From an uncultured virus (IMG/VR IMGVR_UViG_3300029268_000005) (taxonomy: Duplodnaviria; Heunggongvirae; Uroviricota; Caudoviricetes): 64,000 nucleotides of DNA. Positions 28,682-39,260 of this stretch are shown in pieces. Positions within the stretch are counted from its first letter, which is position 1; the number at the start of each line of letters is the position of its first letter. The notes under the pieces are model-generated. The model was not told the origin of the DNA and did not search any database. It worked only from the letters and a program-made list of their open reading frames with translations. The position numbers were made by a program, and so were the translations under genes. The stretch lies in the IMG/VR virus record IMGVR_UViG_3300029268_000005. The stretch is one strand, 5' to 3'.

Positions 28682-30334
28682 CTAGCCTCCAAAATGATAC
28701 GCATCGACAAGCGGAGCACCTACAAAGGCTGACTTGTACAGCGGGTGGTCTGCTGTTGATGTTCTATCACTACTATTCTCGTCAATTGTGCGAAGCTGTG
28801 ATAGCTGCATTGTTGTTCCGGCATACAGCGGCGCTGCATTGATCTGTGTAGAGACACGAGCCACGGTGCCAATAAGATCACCCGCAAGCACGTCGGATTC
28901 ACCGATATGCACGTCACCAGTATTCTCTACTTTTATGTTGGATCCAGGCGCTATGTCGAATCGCAGCTTACCCTGCACTATGCCAGACCTGCCACGCAAT
29001 GCCTCTTCAACATAGATAGCTTTTGCCAATTTCTCGTACAGCTCAGGCAATGACTTATAGATCTCTGCGGCTGTAATACCGTCGTCATTTCCGGTTGTTG
29101 ACTGTCGTGCACTTGCAGGTGTTGTGGCTGTAGCGATGGTGACATCGCCAAAGCCTACTGTTCGTCTGAAGTCACTCGTATACCCTGGTGCTGTGCCCAT
29201 CCAAGACGGAACACGTTTGACCAGCAGCATTCCTTTGGCGGCAGGGTCAGGGCAGTAACACCCGCCGTCGTCCCAGGCAATCTCGTGAAATGCACCTGTG
29301 TCGTCGGTAGTCGGCGATATGAGCTGCACGCCGCGAACAGGTCGATTTATCATCCCCGATATCTTGATATCGTCTACATCACGAGAATATATCTGTTTGT
29401 CGAATAGCTTTCGCATACCGGCAAGTCTAGGCACGATCATGACTGTACTAGCGCGTGGCACGACTGACAGCATGAAAGCCGGGCATATGTTGTTGATCAA
29501 CACATCCCATAGCGTAGTGCTCCACATGGACTGCACTGTCATGCTCTTTATGGCACCGCCAATGGCCTCTGCCAGCGGCATACGCGAGTTACCAACAGCC
29601 AAAGCTGCTGGCACATGCCATTTGCTTTTCTTTACGCTGCCGGCATCACCCTCTATATGATCCAACGCAGCCAACGACTGTGAGTTCTTCTTCTCAGTGC
29701 CAAAGCAACCACTGTCACCGCTGGTGCCAAGCTGCAAGATGTCGAAGTTGGCAACTGATCTAAAGAATGGAGCCAGGCACTTACCCCACAGGTCGTCCTG
29801 TATGTTATCTTCCGAGAACACCTCGGCATCACCGGCAATACTGAGCAACGTCATCTGGTTGGCCTTCAGAGAGGCCATTGTCGCTATGCCGCCAGCGAAC
29901 CCTGCACTAAACCTATAGTTGAAGGGATTACTGGGATGACTCTGATTGCTGAACACAGATGAGAATGCCAGGTTGGACAACCAATGGATCACAGGTATCT
30001 GTAGCTGGATCTCTCCATGCCGTTTGTGAAACATTGCGCCAGTCATGTAGCCTTCAAACAATGTTTGTCGACCGGCATCTGACCAATCATCACTGCTGCC
30101 AGGCTCCCAGGGACCTTCAGCCTGCATACGAATAATAACAGGCAGCATGAAGCCAAACTTACCTGAATGCACTTTCGAAGCTACGGTGGATCTTATGTCT
30201 CGACCAACGGCTAATGACACTGCAGCTTCAGGTACCGCATTGAGCCCGTAGTGCATCGCTACATTGCTGCAGGTGTACTCGGTACCGCCTATAGACACTG
30301 TAGTTTTGAGCTTAACCCTGTTAGATCTAGCCAT
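28682..30334 (-). CDS. Putative baseplate hub protein (gp27/gp44-like)
   Basis: LNAVPEAAVSL..LFEGY; C-terminal GKLRFDIAPGS..GTVARVS; position after the tape measure. Confidence 0.6.
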   Translation of the reverse strand: MARSNRVKLKTTVSIGGTEYTCSNVAMHYGLNAVPEAAVSLAVGRDIRSTVASKVHSGKFGFMLPVIIRMQAEGPWEPGSSDDWSDAGRQTLFEGYMTGAMFHKRHGEIQLQIPVIHWLSNLAFSSVFSNQSHPSNPFNYRFSAGFAGGIATMASLKANQMTLLSIAGDAEVFSEDNIQDDLWGKCLAPFFRSVANFDILQLGTSGDSGCFGTEKKNSQSLAALDHIEGDAGSVKKSKWHVPAALAVGNSRMPLAEAIGGAIKSMTVQSMWSTTLWDVLINNICPAFMLSVVPRASTVMIVPRLAGMRKLFDKQIYSRDVDDIKISGMINRPVRGVQLISPTTDDTGAFHEIAWDDGGCYCPDPAAKGMLLVKRVPSWMGTAPGYTSDFRRTVGFGDVTIATATTPASARQSTTGNDDGITAAEIYKSLPELYEKLAKAIYVEEALRGRSGIVQGKLRFDIAPGSNIKVENTGDVHIGESDVLAGDLIGTVARVSTQINAAPLYAGTTMQLSQLRTIDENSSDRTSTADHPLYKSAFVGAPLVDAYHFGG

Positions 30335-31125
30335 TAGTGAGCCCTCTGATAGAGCGCCCACAGGCGATACAACAGTGCTAACAAGAAGCCGCTGAATCGA
30401 TACGGAAATTCAGCATGACTTGTCCACAGCTGATAGAAAGTTCTATACGGCTCGGACTTAATGTCATTGTCTGCTAGGCCGAATAGCGGCATTGTCATGT
30501 TACTGCCCACGGACTGCAGCTGTGCAGCAATATCACCCAATGATCGTGTCGGCTTGGCGTACGCCTCAACACGCCATGAATCCCCAGGGTCTGCACTAAA
30601 CACCGCACGAAGTTCATCGCCGGATATGTCAAATACAGAGCTAAGGTCATCAGTGTAGCTGTAATCATAAGTGACGCTTGCGATAGGGGCCGTCTGTCTG
30701 GATACGGCTACTCGCGACTCGTCTATAACGCTGACCAACCAACGATGATAAATGCCTATGTCGTCAGCGGCAGGCATACTGCCCAGCAGTGTCAACGTAC
30801 CAGTGCCTTCTCTGGCTGCCACGTATGTGCCAAACAGACCGGCAAAATCTGAATCAGCTAGCCCAGGTGAATATGTGAACCTGTGATCGAGATCGGTCAC
30901 ATACTCCACAAACTCTGTCGAGTGTAACACGGTCAAAAGCTGTCGTACCCGATAGAACTTCAGCATGTCGTCAGGTCTGGGGCCGTACAAATAGCCAAAG
31001 ATTGACGATATGTAGCTAGGCAACACAAGCGGCTGGAAGTCCGGCGGCATATACTCTTCGCCAGGACGGCCAGTAGCTTTCTGCGAAGGCATATTGAGCA
31101 GAAGTTGTCGTGCTACATTTATCAT
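30334..31125 (-). CDS. Hypothetical tail/baseplate protein
   Basis: 263 aa within the tail operon. Confidence 0.55.
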   Translation of the reverse strand: MINVARQLLLNMPSQKATGRPGEEYMPPDFQPLVLPSYISSIFGYLYGPRPDDMLKFYRVRQLLTVLHSTEFVEYVTDLDHRFTYSPGLADSDFAGLFGTYVAAREGTGTLTLLGSMPAADDIGIYHRWLVSVIDESRVAVSRQTAPIASVTYDYSYTDDLSSVFDISGDELRAVFSADPGDSWRVEAYAKPTRSLGDIAAQLQSVGSNMTMPLFGLADNDIKSEPYRTFYQLWTSHAEFPYRFSGFLLALLYRLWALYQRAH

Positions 31126-31134
31126 CGGGCTATC

Positions 31135-31605
31135 TCACGGTACTAGCATGAAGCTCAGCTGAAACTGAAACATCCTGGTTGCTGGATCTACAAGCTCACC
31201 GCGCAGACCTATTAAGTAGCCCCGCAGTATTGATGATGGGCTGATGCGTATCTGTAGTGGTTCCGCGCGAGCAACAATTCGATTGGCTTTGTAAAACTCC
31301 AATACACGTCCAAAGCCACTTCCTGAGCCATTGCAGTCGTTAGCAACGCTTATACCCTCAACGGCAACTTCGCCAACCTTGTCGCCTGTGACGTAGACGT
31401 AGATATCGTTGCCAATAGTGTGTTGTACGAATACATTGCACGACGCAGACATCACCAGTCGCTGAAACATGCTGCGCATGGATTCAAAACCACCCCATCC
31501 ATCCACAGACACGATGCTTCCAGACACTAGTGGACCTGCCAAGGCTTTGACGACGCCCATGTTAGATGAGCCGCGTCCACCGTTGGTGTATAGAACTACG
31601 CTCAT
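31135..31605 (-). CDS. Tube-like/tail initiator protein
   Basis: QHTIGNDIYVYVTGDKVGEVAVEG resembles the tube segment YEVGQPRIYYVGGRTAGEVSIE; start MSVVLY. Confidence 0.55.
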   Translation of the reverse strand: MSVVLYTNGGRGSSNMGVVKALAGPLVSGSIVSVDGWGGFESMRSMFQRLVMSASCNVFVQHTIGNDIYVYVTGDKVGEVAVEGISVANDCNGSGSGFGRVLEFYKANRIVARAEPLQIRISPSSILRGYLIGLRGELVDPATRMFQFQLSFMLVP

Positions 31606-31612
31606 AGGCACC

Positions 31613-34318
31613 TCACGTCGCGCTTGGCGAACTGTCCATTTGTGCACCGCCGCTGACTTCGTTCTTGCCGTCGGACTTCAACTCTAGCGTGCCCGATAAC
31701 ACCAGCTTACCACCACCGCCTACGCCACCAGCGGATTGCGCAGCGGCGGCTGATTCTGCCTGCCTTCCGGCTGCTTCGAGTCTTGGTATCAATTCACCAT
31801 AGAAGTCATTAGGCGATCTGGCGCTGTCTGCCAGCCTACCAAAGTCAGAATCGGCGCCGGCGTCACGAAGAGCATCGCGATCACCCTGGGACAGCTTATC
31901 AACGACTTGTGCGTAAGTGGCATTATCATCAACACCGGTTCTGGACCGCATGCTCTGATAAAGCTGCATCCGCCTAGATACGTCATTCAGGTATTTAAGC
32001 TGGCCTGTACGAGAGGCCCCCTTCTTCATGACGGCGTCTATGGACGACTTGCCCTTGGCATCAGCGCTGACACCAAACGCACCTAGAGCTTTGTCGCGTG
32101 CAGTTTCGTTGGCTTTAACAGCGTCCAAGAAACTATCCGAGGCCGGGCCACCTACGTCTAGATTGGCGGAATGAGATATGTCATTCAATGCGGCTACAGC
32201 ATCGTCAAAGCCCTTGGCCGAAGCTGCGGTATCACCGCCAGCTCGCATGGCTGACGCCTGTGTTCGTAGGTTGGTAAGCGTAGACTCAAGCCTCGCCTTA
32301 TCACCCTCGCTTACAGTGACACCACCCAGTGCGCGAGCCACCAGATCTGGAATTGATGTCGAAGGATCTGAGCTAATCACAGCCTCGGCCAGATTTCTGG
32401 TTATGCTGTTGCTGCCTAATGGCGCTAGCGCACTCTCTAGCTTGGCACCGGCACTGGCAGCGGCATACGCCCGACGACCGCCGTCGCGAACACGGCCATT
32501 TGTTAAAGCCCAAGCATCAACTAGGCTGCTGTTGAATTGTGAGCCTTGCAATGAGTTGTTCATGCTGCCAGTGACAACACTGGACAGACCCATCAATCCT
32601 TCCTCTAGCTTGTCCCTACCGCCGTACCTGTTAATCATCTGACGAGCTGCAGCGGCATTTGGCCCGTTGCCATCAGCGATTGCAGTCAGGTTAGCGGCCA
32701 TGGAGCTGGCCATGTACTTGTCTCGGTCAGCATCGCCTAACTTAGCATTGTCACTCAACGCTGAGGCAGCTTGTCGGGATGATAGTTCAGCGGCCAATGC
32801 ACCTCGCTGCTGGGCGCTACCACCGACACCGGCAGAGTCCAGGGCACCGGCAATAGCCGTACGACCAGCACCGCCAATCTGTTTAAGCACAGCCTGTTTC
32901 TGCAGTGTGCCCTGCACATAGCCTTGGACATTGTTCTCGTGAACGTACTGTTGATTGCTAGACCGCTGGCTGTACATGCGGTCTATATCACCAGCAGCTA
33001 GCCCGAGTGTATTGCCGCTGGCTAGAATGGATGTCATTCGGTCAGAACCAATGTCGCTGATATTAACGTCCCTACCACCAAGCCGCACTGTTCCCTGTCC
33101 GGCCTGTACAGCCTGCATAAGCTTGGCCGCGTCAGAGCCTGCAGTAAATGTTCCAGCGCCGCCCAGGGACTGCATACGATACATTACACCCAGCCTATTG
33201 CTTATGCCGGATGCCGCCGCATTAGCTGACAGGGCCTGGGCAGACTGTGTAAGCTGGCTTAGACCAGACATACCCCACGCCTGCATACCGCCGAGACCAG
33301 CAGAGCTATATCCCGCCATGAATTGCATGCCTGACATCGCTGTGCTGGCCGAGAAGGCTGGGTTTAGGCCTAATGAGCCTGTCATCTGTATGGCTGACTG
33401 CTGTAACGCCACAGCGCCTTCTAGGCCTATGCCTACGTGCTGTGCCATTCTGTTTGTGGTTCGAACTAGCATCTCAGCGCTGCCAGTCGACATCTGCTGC
33501 ATGCCACCACCGGTCAGGCCGTCCAGAGCTTTCAGCAGCTGCCCCATAGGTGCGTTGGGCTTGCCGGCCTCGCCAAAAATCTCGGACATAGCCGAGACGA
33601 CTTTCTCGTAACCCTTCAACGTTCGAATGACTTTACCGGAATCAATCGATCCAGCCTTGTCTCCACCTACCCCGCCAGACAAGTCGCCAAATACACCTCG
33701 CTGCTGCTGTGCGCCAAACAGGGCACCCTGCTGACCCATACTTAACGTACGGTCCCTGTAGTTGTCTCCAGCATACATGCTCTGCTGGATTTGGTTGCCT
33801 AACGTCGTAACAGTCTCGACGCCTAGCCCCAATCGTCCGGTCATCGGATCTATCATGTTCTGACCGGCTGTCATCAGATGACTAGCCAGCACAGTACGAC
33901 TACCGCGACGACCACCAAAGCTATCAAGGAAGTTAGGCGACATTCGCGCCATCATTGGCGCTGCGCCGGCAGCTGTATCTGCCAGCGTGTTGGCTGCTGC
34001 TTCTGTCTGGTCATTCCAGGCAATGCCGGCGATATTGGCACTACCGCGCAACCAGCCCCTGAACATCGCACGTTCGTCAGGAGCAGCCGCACGCATGGCA
34101 GCGTCGTGCATCAGCGAGAAGCGCTGCTGCTCCATACGCCGATACGGATTCCGACCAGTTAGCCCGCCAAGGAATAGACCGTGGTTGTTGGCGTAGCCTG
34201 ATAACAGCGCGCCACCAATGGCCTGTATGCCCATGGCCATAGGGTCACCACCGCCATCAAGGCCTTCAAGACCGTTGTATGACGGGCTCATGCTGAACGG
34301 CCAGTTATCGCTTGCCAT
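31613..34318 (-). CDS. Tape measure protein
   Basis: 901 aa, Gly/Ala/Met-rich and helical, directly after a frameshift-linked chaperone pair. Confidence 0.7.
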   Translation of the reverse strand: MASDNWPFSMSPSYNGLEGLDGGGDPMAMGIQAIGGALLSGYANNHGLFLGGLTGRNPYRRMEQQRFSLMHDAAMRAAAPDERAMFRGWLRGSANIAGIAWNDQTEAAANTLADTAAGAAPMMARMSPNFLDSFGGRRGSRTVLASHLMTAGQNMIDPMTGRLGLGVETVTTLGNQIQQSMYAGDNYRDRTLSMGQQGALFGAQQQRGVFGDLSGGVGGDKAGSIDSGKVIRTLKGYEKVVSAMSEIFGEAGKPNAPMGQLLKALDGLTGGGMQQMSTGSAEMLVRTTNRMAQHVGIGLEGAVALQQSAIQMTGSLGLNPAFSASTAMSGMQFMAGYSSAGLGGMQAWGMSGLSQLTQSAQALSANAAASGISNRLGVMYRMQSLGGAGTFTAGSDAAKLMQAVQAGQGTVRLGGRDVNISDIGSDRMTSILASGNTLGLAAGDIDRMYSQRSSNQQYVHENNVQGYVQGTLQKQAVLKQIGGAGRTAIAGALDSAGVGGSAQQRGALAAELSSRQAASALSDNAKLGDADRDKYMASSMAANLTAIADGNGPNAAAARQMINRYGGRDKLEEGLMGLSSVVTGSMNNSLQGSQFNSSLVDAWALTNGRVRDGGRRAYAAASAGAKLESALAPLGSNSITRNLAEAVISSDPSTSIPDLVARALGGVTVSEGDKARLESTLTNLRTQASAMRAGGDTAASAKGFDDAVAALNDISHSANLDVGGPASDSFLDAVKANETARDKALGAFGVSADAKGKSSIDAVMKKGASRTGQLKYLNDVSRRMQLYQSMRSRTGVDDNATYAQVVDKLSQGDRDALRDAGADSDFGRLADSARSPNDFYGELIPRLEAAGRQAESAAAAQSAGGVGGGGKLVLSGTLELKSDGKNEVSGGAQMDSSPSAT

Positions 34319-34790
34319 ATCGGCGCTTCCTTGCTGGTGTCACAGGCCTGCTAACCGGCCGACGCTGCTTACTCTCTCTGGCCTCTTTATGTCGGGCCAA
34401 CATGGCAGCGGCAGCTGCTTCGATCTTTTTGCGAACTTCAGGATCGTTGCTATCACCGAAGCGTTTGTTCCAGCCACCGACCATGGCCTTAACTGAACGC
34501 CTATTAGCATCTTCCCTGTTTTTGGTTGTTTCAGGGAAGTACATATTCTGCAGTTCATTCAACAGATCGAATGATCCGTCTCGCGCATAGTTGAAATAGC
34601 TGTCCTCCAGGTGATTGATTTGTAGAAACGCTAGATTATGCTGCAGCAGCAGTTTCAGCATTTCTACCTTTTGCTGCCTATCGAATTCGCGCAACACTAG
34701 CGATTTATGAAGCCCCCACTGTTGATCAAACGGCTTGCATTTGCTGACATCTAAGCGCCCGGCTACGGCGGCCCTTACAAGTAGGCTCAA
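34305..34790 (-). CDS. Tail assembly chaperone, frameshifted (GT-type) part
   Basis: Weak TTG start with no RBS; in frame with a -1 shift at A AAT TTC (34808-34814). Confidence 0.65.
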   Translation of the reverse strand: MSLLVRAAVAGRLDVSKCKPFDQQWGLHKSLVLREFDRQQKVEMLKLLLQHNLAFLQINHLEDSYFNYARDGSFDLLNELQNMYFPETTKNREDANRRSVKAMVGGWNKRFGDSNDPEVRKKIEAAAAAMLARHKEARESKQRRPVSRPVTPARKRRYGKR

Positions 34791-35848
34791 CCCTGGCCGG
34801 GTTTCCAGAAATTTGCGTTTCTGACATTCTCCTCCATGCGCTTAGCAAGCAGTTCGAAGTCATTGATCAGCTGACCGACAATACGATGTAGACCCTCAGA
34901 CTTGAAAATCCGGTCATACACGTATTGCTGTATGGCAACCAACGGGGACTCAACGTCGCCAATCTTCTGTTTCCAAGCCTCGATAGACTGAGGGAAGTCG
35001 GCGCTCCACTCAGTAGTGCGAATGTCTACAAGCTGCATACAGGCTTTGTAGCGTGTTAGCTGCTCGTAGGGGTCCATTGTCTTGTTAGCACGTTGTTCGC
35101 TGTGCACCTGATTGAAGCACAGGTCGAGTTCCGCCGGTGACACCTGCCGAATGGTTACCTGCAGCTTACCACCAAGACATGAGTAGCATTTCTGCCACGG
35201 TGTCAGCGCCAGTGTCGATTCAACAAACGACTCAAGATCCTCGGCTGACGGCTTAATAGGGTCGGCAGCCAAGTCGCTGAATCCGCAATTCCGACACTTG
35301 GTTACCTTATCTAACGCGCCGGTCTGATCTTTCTCTTCAGTAGTGCCTTCAGCAATCTCCGCAGCAAGCTTGTTAGGCTCAACATCCATGTCGACTTCTA
35401 TGTTGGGCTGCGAAGATGCCTGGATAGCTGCCATCACACCTGGGGCGATAGGCCCTTGTGCAGGCCTAATCGGATCCTCGGCTACTGTGCTTGTCTGTGC
35501 TGCTTCTGCAAACAGGGAACGAACACGACGCATTCGTTCAGGCGTAGCTTGCTCAAGCGGAACAGACGGCGGCTGTCGTAGTGGTGGCTGATCTGGCGAC
35601 ACAGGCAAAGGCATTTGGCCGATATCGTACGCCGATGTCTGCGCTTCGGCCATGGCTTCGGCTAGCAGCTGTGGCAGGTTCTCAGGAATAGGCTCTCCAT
35701 CGCGCCAGCCCAGCTCCTCCAGCTGCTCTCGTTCGGTATCAGTCAAACGCTGCACACGCATAGGCCGTCCTGGCGGCAACGGCAGATTAGAGCCCGACAG
35801 TTCCTTCAGTGACGGCATTGGACGATTTCTAACTGGTTTATCTTGCAT
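34787..35848 (-). CDS. Tail assembly chaperone (G-type) with a Pro-rich N-terminus and CxxC
   Basis: Ends NANFWKPGQG with an X XXY YYZ slippery heptamer; lies upstream of the tape measure. Confidence 0.65.
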   Translation of the reverse strand: MQDKPVRNRPMPSLKELSGSNLPLPPGRPMRVQRLTDTEREQLEELGWRDGEPIPENLPQLLAEAMAEAQTSAYDIGQMPLPVSPDQPPLRQPPSVPLEQATPERMRRVRSLFAEAAQTSTVAEDPIRPAQGPIAPGVMAAIQASSQPNIEVDMDVEPNKLAAEIAEGTTEEKDQTGALDKVTKCRNCGFSDLAADPIKPSAEDLESFVESTLALTPWQKCYSCLGGKLQVTIRQVSPAELDLCFNQVHSEQRANKTMDPYEQLTRYKACMQLVDIRTTEWSADFPQSIEAWKQKIGDVESPLVAIQQYVYDRIFKSEGLHRIVGQLINDFELLAKRMEENVRNANFWKPGQG

Positions 35849-35858
35849 CGCTTTCCCC

Positions 35859-38672
35859 TCAAGAGTTAACTGACTTGGCTATTACCTTGTAGCCCGAGTC
35901 AAATGACTTCGGATCCCAGCCTTCCCATTGCGGGTCCGTATAAGCGTCATCGGCACGTGACTTGTCGTAGCCTTCTTTGACGATGTAATACTTGTGCTGA
36001 AGCTGTAGAAAAGAACTGTCGTCAGTCCAGGCCTCACGGCCAGGATGTGGCTGCATCTTCTCTCCGTGATACTCGACGTCCTGCTCTTTCCAGGCCGTTC
36101 CACCAGACGAGGCGTCAGCAATACACTGCCACCAAGCCTGAGGTAGCTTGAAGCTGGCCGTATTCATCTGATCTGCTGTGCGCAGACTGAACTGCAGCTT
36201 CTCTTGCAAAATGCTACTACCAATGCCGTTGTCCGAATAGAGCTCGTCTGTGAACGTAGCAGCGAATATGTCGCTCATCGTGGTCTTTATACGCGACATG
36301 TAGTCATCTTGTGTCGCCATGTCGCTTGTATAGTCCCGGCCCTTCTCCATCTCACCGATACGACCTTCGTAGATTCTGGATTTGGCCGAGGCATAGTGGC
36401 CATCAACGGACAACGAATAACCACGGAATAGATGACCGCCTCGTAGGTTGCACAGCATGCCATTGATGATTAGCGGTGAGCCTATGCGACAGCAAGCAGG
36501 ATGCCACGAATTAACAGCTGTCGGAGTGCCCTTCTGTTTCTGTGAGGCTCCGCTCCAGAAAGCATCGGCTGCATACGAGCTAATGAACCTGAATACCTTG
36601 TCGGCAACAACGTTTACAGTCTGTTGACCTTGATCGGCATCTATAGTGATAGGACCTGCATCTATCTTGCCATCCGTGCTGCCTGTGCGTAGATATAGCT
36701 CTTTGCCCATCAGCGCTACCTTACTGTGCGCTGCTTTGAACAAAATGCCTGATCCTCGTATCTCTTCGCCGGCAGCGTCTGTCCATTCTTGCAGATCGGA
36801 CGCTGCCCTGTTCTCAAACAGCATGCGTCCTTGTTTTCCACCGTTACCGGCCAGGAATTCTGTGTTGTACTGAGCTTTAATGCGTACATCGGCATTAGAG
36901 CTCGTCACATCAACAGAATTCTGAGCACGAAGCACAATATCGTCGCCGCTCCAGACTATCAGGCTCTTGCCAGGCATAAGCATGACGTCACCGGCTGGTC
37001 GCAGCAGTATATTGCCGCCGGTCATCAAGATTTCGCTGCCGTAGGCATCTCTGAACACCAAACCGCCGTCAGGTGTCTGCCAGAAGCCTGAAGTAGACTC
37101 GAAATACTCTGTTTCTCCGTATCGACCGTCAATACGCACAGATTTCTTGTCTGGTGGAGGCAGCCAAGTGTCAGATTCTAGTGAAGAGAACTCTGGAGGG
37201 GACGCTAGAACGCTAAGAGGCGAGTCTCCAGACTCAGAATGCTCTTCAGGCAGCGAAAAGTCCTTGTTGTGGTAGTGAAAAGGATGCAACATCTTCCAAT
37301 TGAAGTTATGTGCGTCCGAATCAGCCACATGCTGCGCCTGCAAGACGTGCGGTAGCTCGTCGTCAGGCATAGGCATAGCTTTGACTTTATGTTCTTCATC
37401 GCCAATGCCAGAGAAAGAATAGCCACCGGTATCTGTGTATCTATCTCCTTGCGGATCTTCAGGTAGCCTGAGTTGCTTAGCTATGGGTATCAGCGCACGC
37501 TTTGTAATCGAGATACTGTGCGCGCTGGTAAGCGAATACGACCCATCAAGGCCCACGCTCTCTCGAAATAGACCTATAGGCGTGCTTTCCGTGTCGGAAA
37601 ACGTCCACGGACCCTTGGCATTAGCCGGCGGGGCCATCAATTCACGCAAATAGCCCTGCCCTAGGTAGCCACGCCACTCACGCCAGCGGAAGAATGGGCT
37701 CTGATCGTCCTCTTTTGGCTCGTACGCAGCCCATATAGCCTGCTTATGTACGTCATCAGCAGACTTTTCGTCGATAGACCGTTCGTCTTGTTCGAAATAC
37801 CCTGCGGCTTCCCACGGATACACCGCCGAAGCATAGCAGTTGTAGGCTTCACCACTGTCGTTTCGTACCTGCCACTGACTGTTTGCAGTGTTCCAGTCCA
37901 GGTTGTAGGTCGACAGGCGGGCAAAACGGTCTGCGTAGAACAAAAACAGGCCACAGATCTCGTCGATGCTTAGCTGGATGTGTGCATCGTCAATGAAAAC
38001 GCTGCCACCAAGGTCACTAATGCGTCCCCACTCGCCAGCAACAGTGGCATCTAGCGGTCGTGAGTCAGAATAGTCACGCACACCACAGTTTTTGGACAGC
38101 ATCGAGAACAGCTGCTTGTACAAGCCACCCTCAGCCACGAGGCATGATCCACCACCCTGGACAATCCAGTCAGGTTGAGACAGATCGCCACACTGCACAA
38201 GCCCAGGCACAGCACAAAGTATGATGCCAGTGGTGGACTCAGCGGGTCGATGGACAAGTACGAACTGCCCAGGCCCTAGTGGAGATGTTTCGCGTACTGA
38301 GAACGGATAGAGACCCGTTTCAGAGCCCTTGCTACAGCCTATATCGCCTCCACCGTCAGATAACTGCACTTTGTACCAGTTGCAGTACGGTATGGCTATG
38401 ACGATACGGCCCAGACACAGTAAGCCTTGCTTGCCCAGGCTCATCTGGTGCAAGCCAGCAGACTCACGTGTGTTACTGGCCAAAGTAGCCTGCGAAGCCA
38501 TCTCAGGGGCCGTAGACGAGTCTATTCGAAGCTCGTTGGCTCTGAGTCTGGCTTGCAGGTTTTGAATTTGGTCAGTTGTAAGGGCACGCTCAGAAAAAGG
38601 AGGCTCGGGCATTAGTAATGGCCTATTGGTATGGGCTCTAGGTCCCTCGGGTGGCAGTCCGCTGTCACCCAA
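35859..38672 (-). CDS. gp5/VgrG-like baseplate hub/spike protein (start uncertain)
   Basis: OB-fold-like N-terminus; beta-helix segment DGGLVFRDAYGSEILMTGGNILLRPAGDVMLMPGKSLIVWSGDDIVLRAQNSVDVTS. Confidence 0.65.
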   Translation of the reverse strand: MGDSGLPPEGPRAHTNRPLLMPEPPFSERALTTDQIQNLQARLRANELRIDSSTAPEMASQATLASNTRESAGLHQMSLGKQGLLCLGRIVIAIPYCNWYKVQLSDGGGDIGCSKGSETGLYPFSVRETSPLGPGQFVLVHRPAESTTGIILCAVPGLVQCGDLSQPDWIVQGGGSCLVAEGGLYKQLFSMLSKNCGVRDYSDSRPLDATVAGEWGRISDLGGSVFIDDAHIQLSIDEICGLFLFYADRFARLSTYNLDWNTANSQWQVRNDSGEAYNCYASAVYPWEAAGYFEQDERSIDEKSADDVHKQAIWAAYEPKEDDQSPFFRWREWRGYLGQGYLRELMAPPANAKGPWTFSDTESTPIGLFRESVGLDGSYSLTSAHSISITKRALIPIAKQLRLPEDPQGDRYTDTGGYSFSGIGDEEHKVKAMPMPDDELPHVLQAQHVADSDAHNFNWKMLHPFHYHNKDFSLPEEHSESGDSPLSVLASPPEFSSLESDTWLPPPDKKSVRIDGRYGETEYFESTSGFWQTPDGGLVFRDAYGSEILMTGGNILLRPAGDVMLMPGKSLIVWSGDDIVLRAQNSVDVTSSNADVRIKAQYNTEFLAGNGGKQGRMLFENRAASDLQEWTDAAGEEIRGSGILFKAAHSKVALMGKELYLRTGSTDGKIDAGPITIDADQGQQTVNVVADKVFRFISSYAADAFWSGASQKQKGTPTAVNSWHPACCRIGSPLIINGMLCNLRGGHLFRGYSLSVDGHYASAKSRIYEGRIGEMEKGRDYTSDMATQDDYMSRIKTTMSDIFAATFTDELYSDNGIGSSILQEKLQFSLRTADQMNTASFKLPQAWWQCIADASSGGTAWKEQDVEYHGEKMQPHPGREAWTDDSSFLQLQHKYYIVKEGYDKSRADDAYTDPQWEGWDPKSFDSGYKVIAKSVNS

Positions 38673-38712
38673 GCCTTAACCGCGCTGTGGGCCAGTCAGC
38701 GCGGCAATGTCA

Positions 38713-39204
38713 TCAGGTGCTGTAAATCAGCGAACTGAACATGAGTCGCAACGACTCATTGATCAACATGTCCGCTGAAGTAACACCGACGCCGACAGTC
38801 GTAATGACGCAGAAGTAGCATTCATACGACACCGTGGACATCGACGTGGTATCACAGCCGCTGGTAAGTTCCATGTGCACAGTGTTTCCATCCGCAGCGC
38901 AGATGTCGCCGTACGTCTGGTAGAAGGCTGCCGTGATGGTCTTCGGGCCGATAACGCGCTCGATAGACACCTCGCCAGCCGTTCGGCCGCCCACGTAGTA
39001 TATGCGCGGCTGTCCGACCTCGTAAAGCCTGGTGATCTGCTGTTGATAGCTCAGCTGCAGGCGCTGAACAAGCAGTCCAACATCGGCACCAAGCTGAATG
39101 TCGGCAGACCCGTCGGTAATACGAGGAAACGTCAGTGTGGCCTGCTCTGCAGAGAAAGCACCACCGAACGTATCAGAGTTGCGATTGAAGACGTCTCTAC
39201 TCAT
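38713..39204 (-). CDS. Tail tube protein
   Basis: 163 aa directly downstream of the sheath; LVQRLQLSYQQQITRLYEVG; strong RBS. Confidence 0.8.
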   Translation of the reverse strand: MSRDVFNRNSDTFGGAFSAEQATLTFPRITDGSADIQLGADVGLLVQRLQLSYQQQITRLYEVGQPRIYYVGGRTAGEVSIERVIGPKTITAAFYQTYGDICAADGNTVHMELTSGCDTTSMSTVSYECYFCVITTVGVGVTSADMLINESLRLMFSSLIYST

Positions 39205-39225
39205 TTTTTGCCTCCGTGCTGGGTT

Positions 39226-39253
39226 GAGATGTAATTAGCGCTAATTACATCTC
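39226..39253. promoter_or_regulatory. Palindrome copy 3 (perfect 28 bp)
   Basis: GAGATGTAATTAGCGCTAATTACATCTC, between the sheath and tube genes. Confidence 0.9.
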
Positions 39254-39260
39254 GTCCCGG

